From positions 47,622,954-47,686,953 of the forward strand of contig JARDVH010000163.1 of NCBI GenBank assembly GCA_030324005.1: a DNA stretch of 64,000 nucleotides, written 5' to 3'. The position numbers and the translations under genes were made by a program. Numbering within the stretch: the stretch's first letter is position 1; every line of letters begins with the position of its first letter. Source of the DNA: Negaprion brevirostris (Eukaryota). Below the pieces are notes generated by a model. It searched no databases, was not told the DNA's origin, and saw only the letters and a program-made list of their open reading frames with translations. Below, one piece after another: positions 12,576-24,804 of the stretch.

Positions 12576-13403
12576 NNNNNNNNNNNNNNNNNNNNNNNNN
12601 NNNNNNNNNNNNNNNNNNNNNNNNNNNNNNNNNNNNNNNNNNNNNNNNNNNNNNNNNNNNNNNNNNNNNNNNNNNNNNNNNNNNNNNNNNNNNNNNNNNN
12701 NNNNNNNNNNNNNNNNNNNNNNNNNNNNNNNNNNNNNNNNNNNNNNNNNNNNNNNNNNNNNNNNNNNNNNNNNNNNNNNNNNNNNNNNNNNNNNNNNNNN
12801 NNNNNNNNNNNNNNNNNNNNNNNNNNNNNNNNNNNNNNNNNNNNNNNNNNNNNNNNNNNNNNNNNNNNNNNNNNNNNNNNNNNNNNNNNNNNNNNNNNNN
12901 NNNNNNNNNNNNNNNNNNNNNNNNNNNNNNNNNNNNNNNNNNNNNNNNNNNNNNNNNNNNNNNNNNNNNNNNNNNNNNNNNNNNNNNNNNNNNNNNNNNN
13001 NNNNNNNNNNNNNNNNNNNNNNNNNNNNNNNNNNNNNNNNNNNNNNNNNNNNNNNNNNNNNNNNNNNNNNNNNTTAAAGCTTTGCATTGGCTTATGTTGT
13101 GTTTAGATGCAAACATTGGAAAACTCTTTCAACAGATTCCATGATTTCATTTGACAGGTTTCAATCACAAATATTCATGGAAAGTATACATTTTTTTACA
13201 ACTTTAAGTTTTTGTATTACAATTTAGTGCAATTTGATGCTGCCATCCACAGGTGTGTGCCTGAATATACTGAACATGGGCAGTTACACTTACCATGATC
13301 ATGAGATTCTACAACCCAAACTGCACGGATTAATAGACGCAAAAAACAAGCAAATTCATGTGTCGAACTTAGTGACACTTGTCTAGGCAAAATCTCAGAT
13401 ACA

Positions 13404-14559
13404 GGGTGGAATTTTGCACTCTGAGCACAGAGTACTGGCTGAGGTGAGAATACCGGCACACAGCTCTCCAGCTGCACAGCTGTGTTTTTGCTCCAGATTT
13501 TCTGGTACTCTGCACAAAGAATCTGGAGGTGTGGTTTTCACTAGTCGTATTGGCAGGGTGGGGCCAGCAACACCATCTCCACAGAGATAGGGGTGCCACT
13601 GGGGCAACCTTCCCCTCCCCAGGGATGTGAGGAAACAGCGCCCTCCGTATCACCAGAACAAGCCCTTCATAAGGCATGTCACTGTCCCTCGGAGTCTATA
13701 TTTACCTTTCTGTCCCCGACGGGTTTCACTCAACTTTAAAAAGCAGTTGTAAACCTCGCTTATGTGATGTCACATTGGCAAGTGGGAAGTTCTGAATGTG
13801 AGATTTCATAGAATCTCGATAGTGCAGTAAGAGGCCATTTGGCCCATCAAGTAAAATCCACTCCCCCTCCCACTATCACCACCTCATCGACACAGTGCAG
13901 CCATACTAATTCAAACAGCTTTTACTGTTGGTGGCCCATTGAAAGCTCATTCAGTCTCCAGTTATAACCTAATAATCGTACAGCTTTACGAGCATTTTTC
14001 AATCCAGGCTTTTGCCCAAAATTGGGTCCAAGAAATGCCATGACCCAATGTTGGGTGAAGGCCTGGTTTGCAAAGCAGGCCCTTTTCCAACTCAATCCTG
14101 TAACCCTGCACATTTGCCATGGCTAAACTCCCTAACTGACACATCTTGGGACACGAAGGGGTAATTTAACATGGTTAATCCATCTAGCCTGTACACCTTT
14201 GGAGTGTGGGGGAAACCGGAGCACCCGGAGGAAACACATCCAGACATGGGAGAACGTACAAACTCCACACAGACAGTGAACCAAGGCTGGAATCGAATCA
14301 GCTGGCGCTGTGGGGCAACAGTGCTAACCACTCAGCCACTGTGCCTGCCACTCCCCCACCCCCTCTCCCCATGAGGGTAATATATGATTGGGAAGCCCAC
14401 TAATTTAACTAACACTTATTAAAACGCAGTTGAATGTGGTTCCAACCCTTGTTATGTCTCCAGGGAATGAGATCTTGCCAGCAAAATTACTGATTCTTGT
14501 GAGATTTTGCACCCAGGCCACTGTTTGCGCTCATGGCTAACACGGATGCAATGTTGCCC
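13404..14559. mobile_element. Non-autonomous TIR DNA transposon (Harbinger-like) containing a nested SINE
   Basis: GGGTGGAATTTTGCA ... TGCAATGTTGCCC termini with ACA on both flanks. Confidence 0.55.
13807..14347 (-). mobile_element. HE1-type V-SINE carrying an internal non-SINE segment (13853-14065)
   Basis: SINE tail at 13807-13852 and SINE body at 14095-14347. Confidence 0.8.
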
Positions 14560-15575
14560 ACAGTTTGTGAATTGTCTGTGCCTGGAATGTCCCATGTGAA
14601 AATGCCTCAGAATATCTCAGAAATAAATAAAGATGTGATCAGCCCTGTGGAATTGTACTATAGTGGAAGATAGGATAAACAAAGGAGAAACAGAAAGATT
14701 AGAGGGAAGAAATCACTGACTTTAAATGCCATTAGTGTAATTCTGATGAAATAATCAATATAAGCTAAACCCCTGTAAATCATACTTACCCTAAGGTTGC
14801 TGTAAATCATTGATCCATGGGCAATAGCTGTCCCAGTATTTCTGGTTTATTGCCTGATTGATTGATGTTTTGGTGTGTGCTTTTTCTTAATTTGGGTAAA
14901 ATCATTCATTAGAGTTGTCCCATTGGACTCATTGAGCATCTGCCACAGAAGAAGATGAAACACTACTGACTTCAAAATGAATTAATGCACCTGGCAACCA
15001 GACTATCTTCACAGATTCCATGCAATATCTGAATGCTAATAATTTATTGCTGTGGCCAGTAAATCCAGCTTTATATTGTTGGGAATCGTTGAAAGGAGGT
15101 GTTTATAGAAGGCAGTAATCAGCCTTCACTATTTCTGATGGTACACAACAGTTAAGTCAACAGTTATTGCAGCATTGTTCAATGGGAGTTGAGAGCAGAG
15201 TTGTAGAGGGTAAAGGGGAGTTAAGGATCATAAAATGTTGAGGTGTTGGTGAAAATAAATTAGAGCAGATTGAAAACATTAGGACTGATTTTCCTGTTCT
15301 TCAGTTGTCTCCTGTGTAAGGCTTCCAGGTATCTGACTTCAGTTCTGCTGGCCTCTACTCCATTTCTGACGTTTGGGACATCTGAGCCCCTACGCTCATA
15401 TTTTGAGTGCATGTGGAATCTGCAGCAGTTGTCCTTATTGTTGACCAGGGGAATTTTGAACTTGTGACTGTCCCTGTTGATGTTAAAATCCACTCCGTCC
15501 CCTCTCCCCTCATCACCAACCCATCAACACAGTGCAGCTGTATTAACTCAAGCAATTTTTAATGTTGGTGGCCAT

Positions 15576-15754
15576 GATATGGAGATGCCAGCATTGGACT
15601 GAGGTGGGTACAGTAAGAAGTCTCACAACATGAGCTTTCGGAGCACTGTTCCTTCATCAGGTGAGTATCCTGATGAAGGGGCAGCATTCCAAAAGCTTGT
15701 GCTACCAAATAAACCAGTTGGACTTTAACCTGGTGTTGTGAGACTTCTTACTGT
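15576..15754. mobile_element. Palindromic Penelope-derived terminal-repeat element with two opposed hammerhead-like cores
   Basis: Arms CAGTAAGAAGTCTCACAACA / TGTTGTGAGACTTCTTACTG; CTGATGA..GAAA-type motifs on both strands; flanking TTGGTGGCC duplicated. Confidence 0.65.
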
Positions 15755-16229
15755 AACTTGGTGGCCCATTAAAAGCTCATTCAGTCTCCAGTTATAATCT
15801 AATAATTATCCAGCTTTTACTTGCATTTTTCAAACCAGGCCTTCGTCATACATTGGGTCCAAGAAATGTAGTGACTTTTAAACAGCCCCACCAGGTTTCA
15901 GGTTGAAGCCTCATAATCCTACCCATTTAAATCAGAAAAAAGTGCATCATGAACAACAGGGGTTGGCATAGTGCAATAAGTCACCAATAGTGTGTAACCA
16001 CTTATTTTAGCAAACCTAATGGCAGTTAATGATGTTATGTAGTATCTGCTATGCTTGGAGTGTCATAGAGTCATGGAGGCTTACAGCATGGAAACAGGCC
16101 CTTCGGCCCAACTTGTCCATGTCAACCTTTTTTTAAAATCTCTAAGCTAGTCCCAGTTGCCCGCATTAACCCATATCCCTCTATACCCATCTTACCCATA
16201 TAACTGTCTAAATGTTTGGTGCAATCATG

Positions 16230-16700
16230 ACTGAAGTTGACAGCACAGTGGGTGGTAACTGAAAGCAAGGTCCAAGTGGCAGGTGTTGAGGTGGCCCTTG
16301 AAGGTGGAAAGAGAGAAAGTCAGTCGAAAGGCCTTCAAGGGAGAGGGTGTAACCAAAATAGCTGATGGCCCTACAGCTCCAAGCATAATTGAAAATCAGA
16401 GAATGCCTAAATCAGAAGCATTGTAGATACAGACTGAGGCAGAGAACTAAATATGATTGCAGAGATAGAAAGGGATCAGACAATGGAGAGATTTGTAGAA
16501 GCGGTGATGGATATGGAGGAGCTGGTGAAGGTTAATGAGTAAAAGGTTAGAGGGATGTAGAGAATGTATAGTGGCTACAATTTGTGGAGGGCAAATTGGG
16601 GTTAGCAGAAATGGAATGTGTTGCAGAAGGAGCAAAGAGCGGCCTCGATCACCAAGGGGCACCTTGAGCGCGAATGAGGAGACATTTGCTTTCAGGGCAG
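16230..16700 (-). mobile_element. Old L2-like LINE fragment
   Basis: Purine-rich decayed sequence similar to 56540-56870 and complementary to 27330-27900 and 37600-38205. Confidence 0.5.
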
Positions 16701-17022
16701 CAACAATGATGTGCGTGCACCAAACACAGGAATGGTTATAGAGTGTAAATGGAATAATATTTATAAAACCATGTCTCTGTGGCTCAGTGTATCTGACAGG
16801 TCATGATGCTGTGCCTGGCACCAGAATTCCTTTTATGTTGCTCTGGATTGAATGAGAAATAATGTTTTCAGTTTGTGTAGTGCTTTTAAATACACTTTCC
16901 CCTCTTGCTTTGTTTCTGCGATGCATTTTCATCCTGTCCTTAACCACCCACCTTTAAAAAAAAATCTAAGGGCCCTTCCTAATCTCTCCTTGTAATCACT
17001 GACAGTACAATTCCTGCGGTGA

Positions 17023-17310
<288 letters not shown>

Positions 17311-17688
17311 TAATTCCTGTGACCCCTTTTCCTTTAACCTAGTTATCCGTTTGGATTTGCTCGACTTATTCTACTCTGTCTGCCAGAAGTCCACAACATT
17401 CTGCTGTCTGTAACGTTTGTGGAATGCAATCCACTGAAGGTTGTTTGAAAAGGATTGTTTGCTTCCCTCAATGTTATAAATGATGAATATCCATTGCTCA
17501 GGGGTGCTAATAATTAAAGTGTCATGAGGTATAATGTTGAAATGAACAGTGAAGCAGAATTGTTCCCATTTCTTCAGGTGAGGAGTTTGGTTTTACTGGT
17601 ACAAGATGTGATTTGAGGTCAATCTTTCTCGAATTGTTGAAGGGATCTGAAAACTTAGAGGCTAAAGTTCCAGTGCTAAACTGTTAAA

Positions 17689-17854
17689 TGTGCCAGAAGA
17701 TCTCAGCAGGTCTGGCAGCACTCGTGGAGAGAGAATAGAGCCAGTCTTCTGAGTCTGGATGACCCCTCGTCGAGGCTCTATTCTCTCTCTGCAGATTCTG
17801 CAGCATTTTCTGTTTTTGTTTCAGATTCCAGCGTCTGCAGTAGTTTGCTTTTAT
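17689..17854. mobile_element. Palindromic Penelope-derived element
   Basis: GAGAGAGAATAGAGCC / GGCTCTATTCTCTCTC inverted arms; flanked by CTGTTAAA direct repeats. Confidence 0.6.
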
Positions 17855-17972
17855 CTGTTAAACGATCAGCCTTTTGGATGAGAGGTTAAACCAAGGCCCT
17901 GTCTGCCCTCTTGACTGGCTGGAAATGATCCTGAACACTACTTGGAAGAAGAGCAGAGGAGTTATCCTTGGT

Positions 17973-18228
17973 AATAAAAGCAAAATATTGCAGATGCTGG
18001 AAATCTGAAACGTAAACAGAACATGCTGGAAAGACTCAGCAGGCCTGGTAGCATCTATGGAGAGAGAGAGAGAAAAATAGAATTAATATTTTAAGGTCCA
18101 TATGAGTTCTTCAGAACTGATGTTTCACACTGGAGAAGAGTCATATGGACTCAAAATGTTAACTCTGTTTCTTTCTTCACAGATACTGCCAGCCTTCCTG
18201 AGATCTTACAGCATTTTCACTTTTTTTT
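17973..18228. mobile_element. Palindromic Penelope-derived element with decayed hammerhead cores
   Basis: Inverted arms; flanked by GAGTTATCCYTGGT direct repeats; CTGGAGAAGAGTCATATGGACTCAAAATGTT motif. Confidence 0.6.
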
Positions 18229-18498
18229 GAGTTATCCCTGGTGTCTGCCCAATATTTTTCCCTCAGTCAACTTCACAGAAACGGATTTCCTGTTCACTAT
18301 CATGTGACTATTTGTTGGATCTTGCTGTGCGTCAAGTGTCTGTTGCATTTCTTACATTATAACAGTGACAACATTTCAGAACAACTTGATTGGCTGTAAT
18401 GTGCTTTGGGATCTCTGGTGGCCATGAAAGGTGCTATATTAATGCAAATATTTCTAATGACACAAAGAGCTCATTCTACTTGCCTGCTTAAACACAAT

Positions 18499-18624
18499 AG
18501 CCAGAATTTTACTGGCACGCCCACCCTGATTCTGGGGTGGGCGAGGCTCAGTGAATGGCATTCTCCACTGGCCTCGGGTGGGATTGTATGAACCTTGGGA
18601 GGACGTGCTGGCAAAATTCTGTCC
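18499..18624. mobile_element. ~125-bp MITE
   Basis: AGCCAGAATTTTAC ... GCAAAATTCTGTCC termini. Confidence 0.55.
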
Positions 18625-19309
18625 ATTGACTTCTAAACATCTTGGAACATTCCTTCGACTCCGCTTTGGCTGTGCCTGACTTGCTCGTTCAGACCCTAAC
18701 TGACTCTTGTTCCTGTTTTTGTGCCTCCCCCTTTGTTAACAATCAAAAGGTGATGCAGACTTTCTAACACAACAGCTCTGAGGTATTTTCCAATTTCTGA
18801 TACGGTCGAATGAAATGCTTCTTATTTGCAGTCAGTTGGGAGATGAAGCTTTTTCTAACACTTTACCACCTGCTGGCTCAAAGCTCTGCAATTTGAGTTT
18901 TGTACACAACGCTTTTTTTAAAATAATTCAACATTTTAGCACAACGGTTCAAAATTCTTGTTGCATAATTGAGAAAAAAATCTTAGATGTGACACGTCTT
19001 TNNNNNNNNNNNNNNNNNNNNNNNNNNNNNNNNNNNNNNNNNNNNNNNNNNNNNNNNNNNNNNNNNNNNNNNNNNNNNNNNNNNNNNNNNNNNNNNNNNN
19101 NTGTGACACGTCTTTAGTGGGAATCTCATTTTGAGCACGAACTGAAAAGAACAAATGCTTCCTTATATTTGGCCATGGGTATTGTGGGGAATGAAAAGGC
19201 TGGTGCAATCTGTACCAGTGCTTTTTGAGGTTGGGGCTGAAGCATGTTGGTGCAGGGCAGGGAGAAATTTCCTTTGCATCTGACTGAATATTTAAACTTG
19301 ACTGAATGC

Positions 19310-19640
19310 ATCAGGAATTCCTGGGATGAGGACTTTATCCATTGAGGAAGTGTTGGACAGGTTGGGCCTGCATCCATTGGATTTCAGAAGAATGAGAGGT
19401 GGTCTTATTGAAAATATGTAACAACAGGGTTGTGAGCCTGTGGAACTCTTCCCCAGAAAGTAGTGGAGGGAAGTTAATATTTTTAAGGCTGGATTGGATA
19501 GATTTTTGATTGACAAGGGAGTAAGAGGGTGCAGCAGGTAGAATGGAAAGTGAGTTGAGGCCCACTGTCTGATCAGCCATGATCTTATTTATTGGTGAAG
19601 CACGCTCAAGAGGCTGAATGGCTTGCTGCACCTAATTTGT
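19310..19640 (+). mobile_element. CR1 LINE 3' end
   Basis: AGAAGAATGAGAGGTGGTCTTATTGAAA and tail GATCAGCCATGATCTT..GGCTGAATGGC. Confidence 0.75.
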
Positions 19641-20132
19641 ACTATTTGAAGAGTGTTCGCTGAAGGCCGGTGGTGCCAGTGCCAAATTGGAAAGCCCTTC
19701 AATGGGCCAAAGAATGCCCAGAAAAGAGGCTGCTCCCACTGTCCAAGCCTGTTGATTAGTAATCCAGACTAGATCAGATTTAAAATACCAGCGGAGGGGG
19801 AAAGAGCTGAATTAAGCTCTGGACAGACAAGCTGTCTGTCATCTTTTCCTCTGCTAGGGAAAGGGCATGGCAGTGGGAAGGTATTGGGCACACAGTCCAA
19901 TGTCTTTCCACCTTTGATCCCTGTCCCAAATGGCCCATAAAATTCTGGCCGTTGTTTCAGGGGGTTATTGTTTAAATTAAGTCTCCCGAATGCCTGAGCG
20001 TTGGAGTAAAAATTGTTGAAGCGTCTCCATTTCATATTAACATCAAAACTAAATTAATACTTTGTACCTAATACCAGCTGAGGCACAAAAGGTAATTTCT
20101 TAACTGAGCTTTGTTAGTATTTGACAGATGGA

Positions 20133-20259
20133 GTGCAGAATTTTACTATCCCACCTGCTACAGAAATTGCAGCGGGCGGGACACAGACCATGCAAAGGTC
20201 TGTTGACCTCAGGCAGGATTCTCCAGTCTTGGGGTGGGCACAGCTGGAAAATCCCGCCC
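20133..20259. mobile_element. ~125-bp MITE
   Basis: Same family as 2121-2245. Confidence 0.6.
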
Positions 20260-22117
20260 ATATCAGCATTGTCGTCTGGATGCGAAGAATTATTTAATGC
20301 TTAGAGCAGTTATCTCCTCTGCCCTTGAGTGCAATTTGATTCATTACCCATGTATTTGTTAATATGTACCAATGTGTAATTTTCATGGTTTGTGTTGTGG
20401 AGAATTTTAAAAAAGTGTTCTAGTTGATTCCAGTAAAATAAGCTGCTTGCTCCAGTGTGAATAATCTATTAATGAGGTGAAATGCTGATAATGGGACCTA
20501 CATGTTTCCTCATACTTGTGCAATAACTCATAACTAAGGCTCACATACACATTTATAATGAGTCTGTTCTGTGTCAAGGAAGATGGCCCATGTATCTTAA
20601 TTTCAGGTGCAAGTTTTTGAGTAATTTTCATTAATGGTGGGGTGGGGGACACATCCTTGCCAGGACAACAAACATATCTGACAGTATCGTGTGTAAAAGC
20701 TGTTGTTAGAAACAACAGATGAAATTTTCTTCACTCATTGAGTATGTGAAGCCGGTGTTCGCATTGATTTTGTGACTGGAAGAAAGTATAACCCTACTTG
20801 AATGTCTGACAGAAAAGTGAATAGACCTGAGACTATTCTCTTCTGTCTACCTTCTGATCAGCAGACATTCATTCAAAGTAGCAGGTGAGGCACAAAAGAA
20901 GCATTTTTTTTTACTCGTTTCATTTTCTGCATAAGCATCTTAAACAGATTAAAAGGTGACTCATTCTGGCAAATCTTCATGTAAGACCTAATTATGAATA
21001 GCAGCATGATTGCCAATCTTCATTTCCAATCGTGAGTGGATGATCAGCAGGAGTTATGTGCTTGCATCTATTGTCAAGACAGTCTTCCGTTACATGTCAA
21101 ATAGTCTTATGTTGCAAAGAAAAATTAGCACATCTGTGGCAGTGCCGAGGTAACCATTTCACATTTTCGATAGGATAATACAAAGCTGATTTTACTGATT
21201 TCTTAATTTCCATATATCCTTTATACCGTTCATTTTCATGGAACAGAAATAAGTTTTTAATCCTATCCACATGGTTCTACTCTCTGTAATTTTAGGGAAA
21301 TATTTAAGCTTAATGAATATGAGGAATGATGACTATTGACTAATCATGTTTTATAATGGGCTTACTCAGACCCACCTGATTACATCTCACTGGCAAATGA
21401 TGTTGTAGATTAACCTTCTTCATATCCATCAATAGTTGAATAATTTCTCGGAGTATAATATAGTATATCATGAAATATCCATGTGCGAGAATCTATCAAG
21501 ATTTTAAAGGATATTTTTGGAACTGAGGGCTGTAATTTAACTTTCATGTTTTATGAACAAACTTTTAATGAACTTTGTTAATTCATTCACTATCTAGACC
21601 CATTATGATATAAATGATTACTTTCTTTATTTACATAGCATCACATTAGGACTGCGGCTTATTCCTATAGTAAGGTTAAGTTATGTTTGTTGTTTACTGT
21701 CAAGGACATGCTTCTCCTGAGGCAGTTTGAGACAAATGGAGGAAGATACAAAAGCAACCTAAAAGATCTATTATGGAGGAATGTACGACAATTGGTCGCT
21801 GAATTCAGACAACATTCTGTTTCCATGGTGGCCAGTACACAGAGTAACTTGAACATTGCTTGTGTTGTGCTGCAATTGTGTTGTGATATATTAGCTTGAA
21901 GATCCAAGGCTTTGTGCCCTATTCCATACATTGCAAGATAATGTTAGGAACATATGCATTGTCTTTATGCTTGTTTTTCTAAGATAGCTGTTAAAGAGTA
22001 GATTTGCAGTCCAGGCTTCCAGCCAACCCATTGAAGAAAAGTTAATCAACAGTTCAGTGAGCAGCCTGACAAGGACTTAATTATTTGACTAATTTTCCAT
22101 GTCCCATGCCATTCTGG

Positions 22118-22635
22118 AAGCATAGAAATTAGAAGCAGGAGTCACCCCTCGAGCCTGCCATGCCATTCAATAAGACCTTGGCTGATCTGATTGTAAGTTC
22201 AATCCACATTCCTCCTCACTGCTAACTTCTCACCCCCTTCAATCTAGCTAGCCCTACCTGAGCAACATTCAGAAAATCTGCTTCCGCTGCCTTTTAAAGA
22301 AGAGGGAGACTTATGGCCCTCAGAGAAAAAAATTCCACTAGTGTCTATCTTAAATGAATGACCACTTATTTTTAAACCATGACCCCTAGTTCTAGATTGT
22401 CCAACAGGAGGAAACATCCTCTCCACATTCCCCCCTGTCAATACACTTCAGGATCTTAAAGGTTTTGATCAAGTCACCCCTTACATCTCTAAACTCTAGT
22501 AGGTATAAACTTAACCTCTCTAATCTTTCCTCATGAGGCAACCCACCCATTCCTGGTATTAATTTACAAAACCTTTTATGAACTGCTTCTAAAGCATTTA
22601 CATCTTAAGTAGAGTGACAAATACTGTACAGTATG
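22118..22635 (-). mobile_element. CR1 LINE 3' end
   Basis: VERMFPPVGQSRTRGHGLKISG in ORF 22244..22441. Confidence 0.8.
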
Positions 22636-24306
22636 CAGTGAGTTAGCATAATGGAAGATATGTGTAAAAGTTGGTCAGATTAAGTTTGAAAAGATGTACT
22701 TCAGAAAGTTAGAAAATTAATTTAAAACATTTGACAGTGGAGAAGGTGGCTCACCCCCACCCTAGCGAATTCAGAGACAGGGTGAGGGGAGAATTTAAAA
22801 TCCCATGGATGGGATGGGAAGGCCTTCAGTGGGAAGTCCACCCATGCCCCTACTAAGGCCCTTAAGTGGCCGATTTTGTGTGTGTGTGTCAGCCAGAGCT
22901 TTCTCATATCCCCGTTTTGCATTCCTAATTACTTTCTTAAGCTCCACCTTGCACTTTCTATACCTCACTCATGCCTCCACTAATTTGCTCACGGTTGAGT
23001 GCAATCAGCAAGGCTCACATTGGCTCGAGTCACAGACTTTCTGAGCTAACGGTTGAGTGCAACCAACGAGGCTCAAGTTATGTTGGTTCAGGTTGGACAC
23101 TTTCCATGCTAAGGGTTGATGAAGTTCCAAAAAAATGTGGTTTTTATGCGTGTTCACTTTATGGATTTATGGATAAATGATACTAAAGCTGTACCTTAAT
23201 TTCTACCCACCTTTACTCCCTACTGCATTAGTTACTGACATGTTCTTTGTGTGTTGTAAACATCTTTCATTTCCTTCATCATGTTTTCTATTGTTATATA
23301 AATCAATTTGGTTTCTTTTTTTAATTTAATTACTTTCCTGTGTGTTTTTCCTTCCCCTTTGCTTTGCTTTGTTCCCTTTTTAATGCCAATTACCTTTGTG
23401 CTGGAGTCCATCTTGAGAATCAACCTGTTTTCTCCTAAGCTGCTAATTGACCTGTTGGATATTTCTGCAGTTCTCCCATCAACTGTGCCACTTTCACAGT
23501 TCAATGGGGCCATGCATGATGACAAACCCCAGAAGACCAGCTGATGACAGTGTCACTAAACACAGCTTTAATGCATTGAAAGTCAGAATAAGCCCCAAAT
23601 CCAAAGTTATAGTGCTACTTTATCAGAGTGCACCCAAATTTGCACAGATGCAATTGCAGTGATATAGTTGCCAACCATATATTGAAGTAGTTAAATGAAA
23701 TTTGTGCATATCAGACTTTAATAAAGGAAAATACAAAAATAATACATTTTTGATTGAGAGCTGTGTGTTCATGCTTTCAGATTTTGAAAGTTTTTTCAAA
23801 AAAAGTCCTTAACTTTTGGGGGTAAGGAGACCATCAGGTTTATTTATTTGCTTTTCTACATGTAAAGCATCTGTCAATCCTGAGCTGGTTTAAGATAATC
23901 TAATTTTGTGCTGGATTTTCTCTGATACACCTTCCTTGTGGTATCTAAATGGAAGCTGTAGATGGCACCCTTGCCTCTATAAAATAGGCATGCTCAGTAC
24001 CAATCTTATTTAAACAGATTAGAGGTATTTTCATTAGCTGTGCTGGCTGATAATTGCACAACTTGAACAATCAAGGCAGTTTTGTTCGATTCCTTTCACA
24101 GGTTGTTGCCAATTGCTTTTGAAAAGAGAGAGATCCTGCCAATTTACAAGAAGATGCTAACATTTTATCATGGGGCACAAATGATGATCTCCTTATCCCC
24201 AAAAGTTAAGGTTTTTAAATAACACTTTCCCCTATAATTCCCATGTCTATCAAACATCCATCTAACTCAGCAGTGAATAAATTCAGTGACCCAGCCTCCA
24301 TTGCTT

Positions 24307-24543
24307 TAGAACCATAGAATACCTACAGTGCAGAAGAAGGCCATTTGGCCCATTGTGTCTGCACCAACAACAATCCATCAAGCTGTATCCCCGTGACCCC
24401 TCATATTTACCCTACTAATCTCCCTCTCACTAAGGAGCAATTTAGTATGGCCAATCAACCTAATCCGTACATTTTTGGACTGTGGGAGGGAACTAGAGCA
24501 CCCGCAGGAAACCCACGCAGACAAGGGGAGAATGTGCAGACTC
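24307..24543 (-). mobile_element. HE1-type V-SINE fragment
   Basis: Tail and core match the other copies. Confidence 0.8.
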
Positions 24544-24804
24544 TTATTCTTGAGAAAAGCAGCCAAAGGCCTTGTCTGGAGTTTTAGACAAGGCCTTTAT
24601 CACGATCTATAGTATGGGCTGACCCAAGTGTTCCAGCTAGTGGTTCACCAGGGAATGCCCTGATTCAAGAATTATACAGACATTTATAGTTCAGATTCAG
24701 TTACAAGAAATTATCATGTACCAATCAAAGGATATACATTTGCACAGGAGTTCATCTATATCCACTCACAATTATTGATCAGGTTTACATCACTAAAGTG
24801 TGAA

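Larger units (their letters stand above)
17645..18455 (+). mobile_element. Deu-domain SINE (SacSINE1/AmnSINE1-like) interrupted by two insertions
   Basis: GGATGAGAGGTTAAACCAAGGCCCTGTCTGCCCTC, GAAGAAGAGCAG, CTTGCTGTGCG and tail GAAAGGTGCTATATTAATGCAA. Confidence 0.7.

Noticed and set aside
20802-20884. ATG-initiated mini-exon MSDRKVNRPETILFCLPSDQQTFIQSS with AG|GTGAGG donor
   Set aside because: The donor is phase 2, incompatible with the phase-0 SCHIP1 junction, and there is no recognisable homology.
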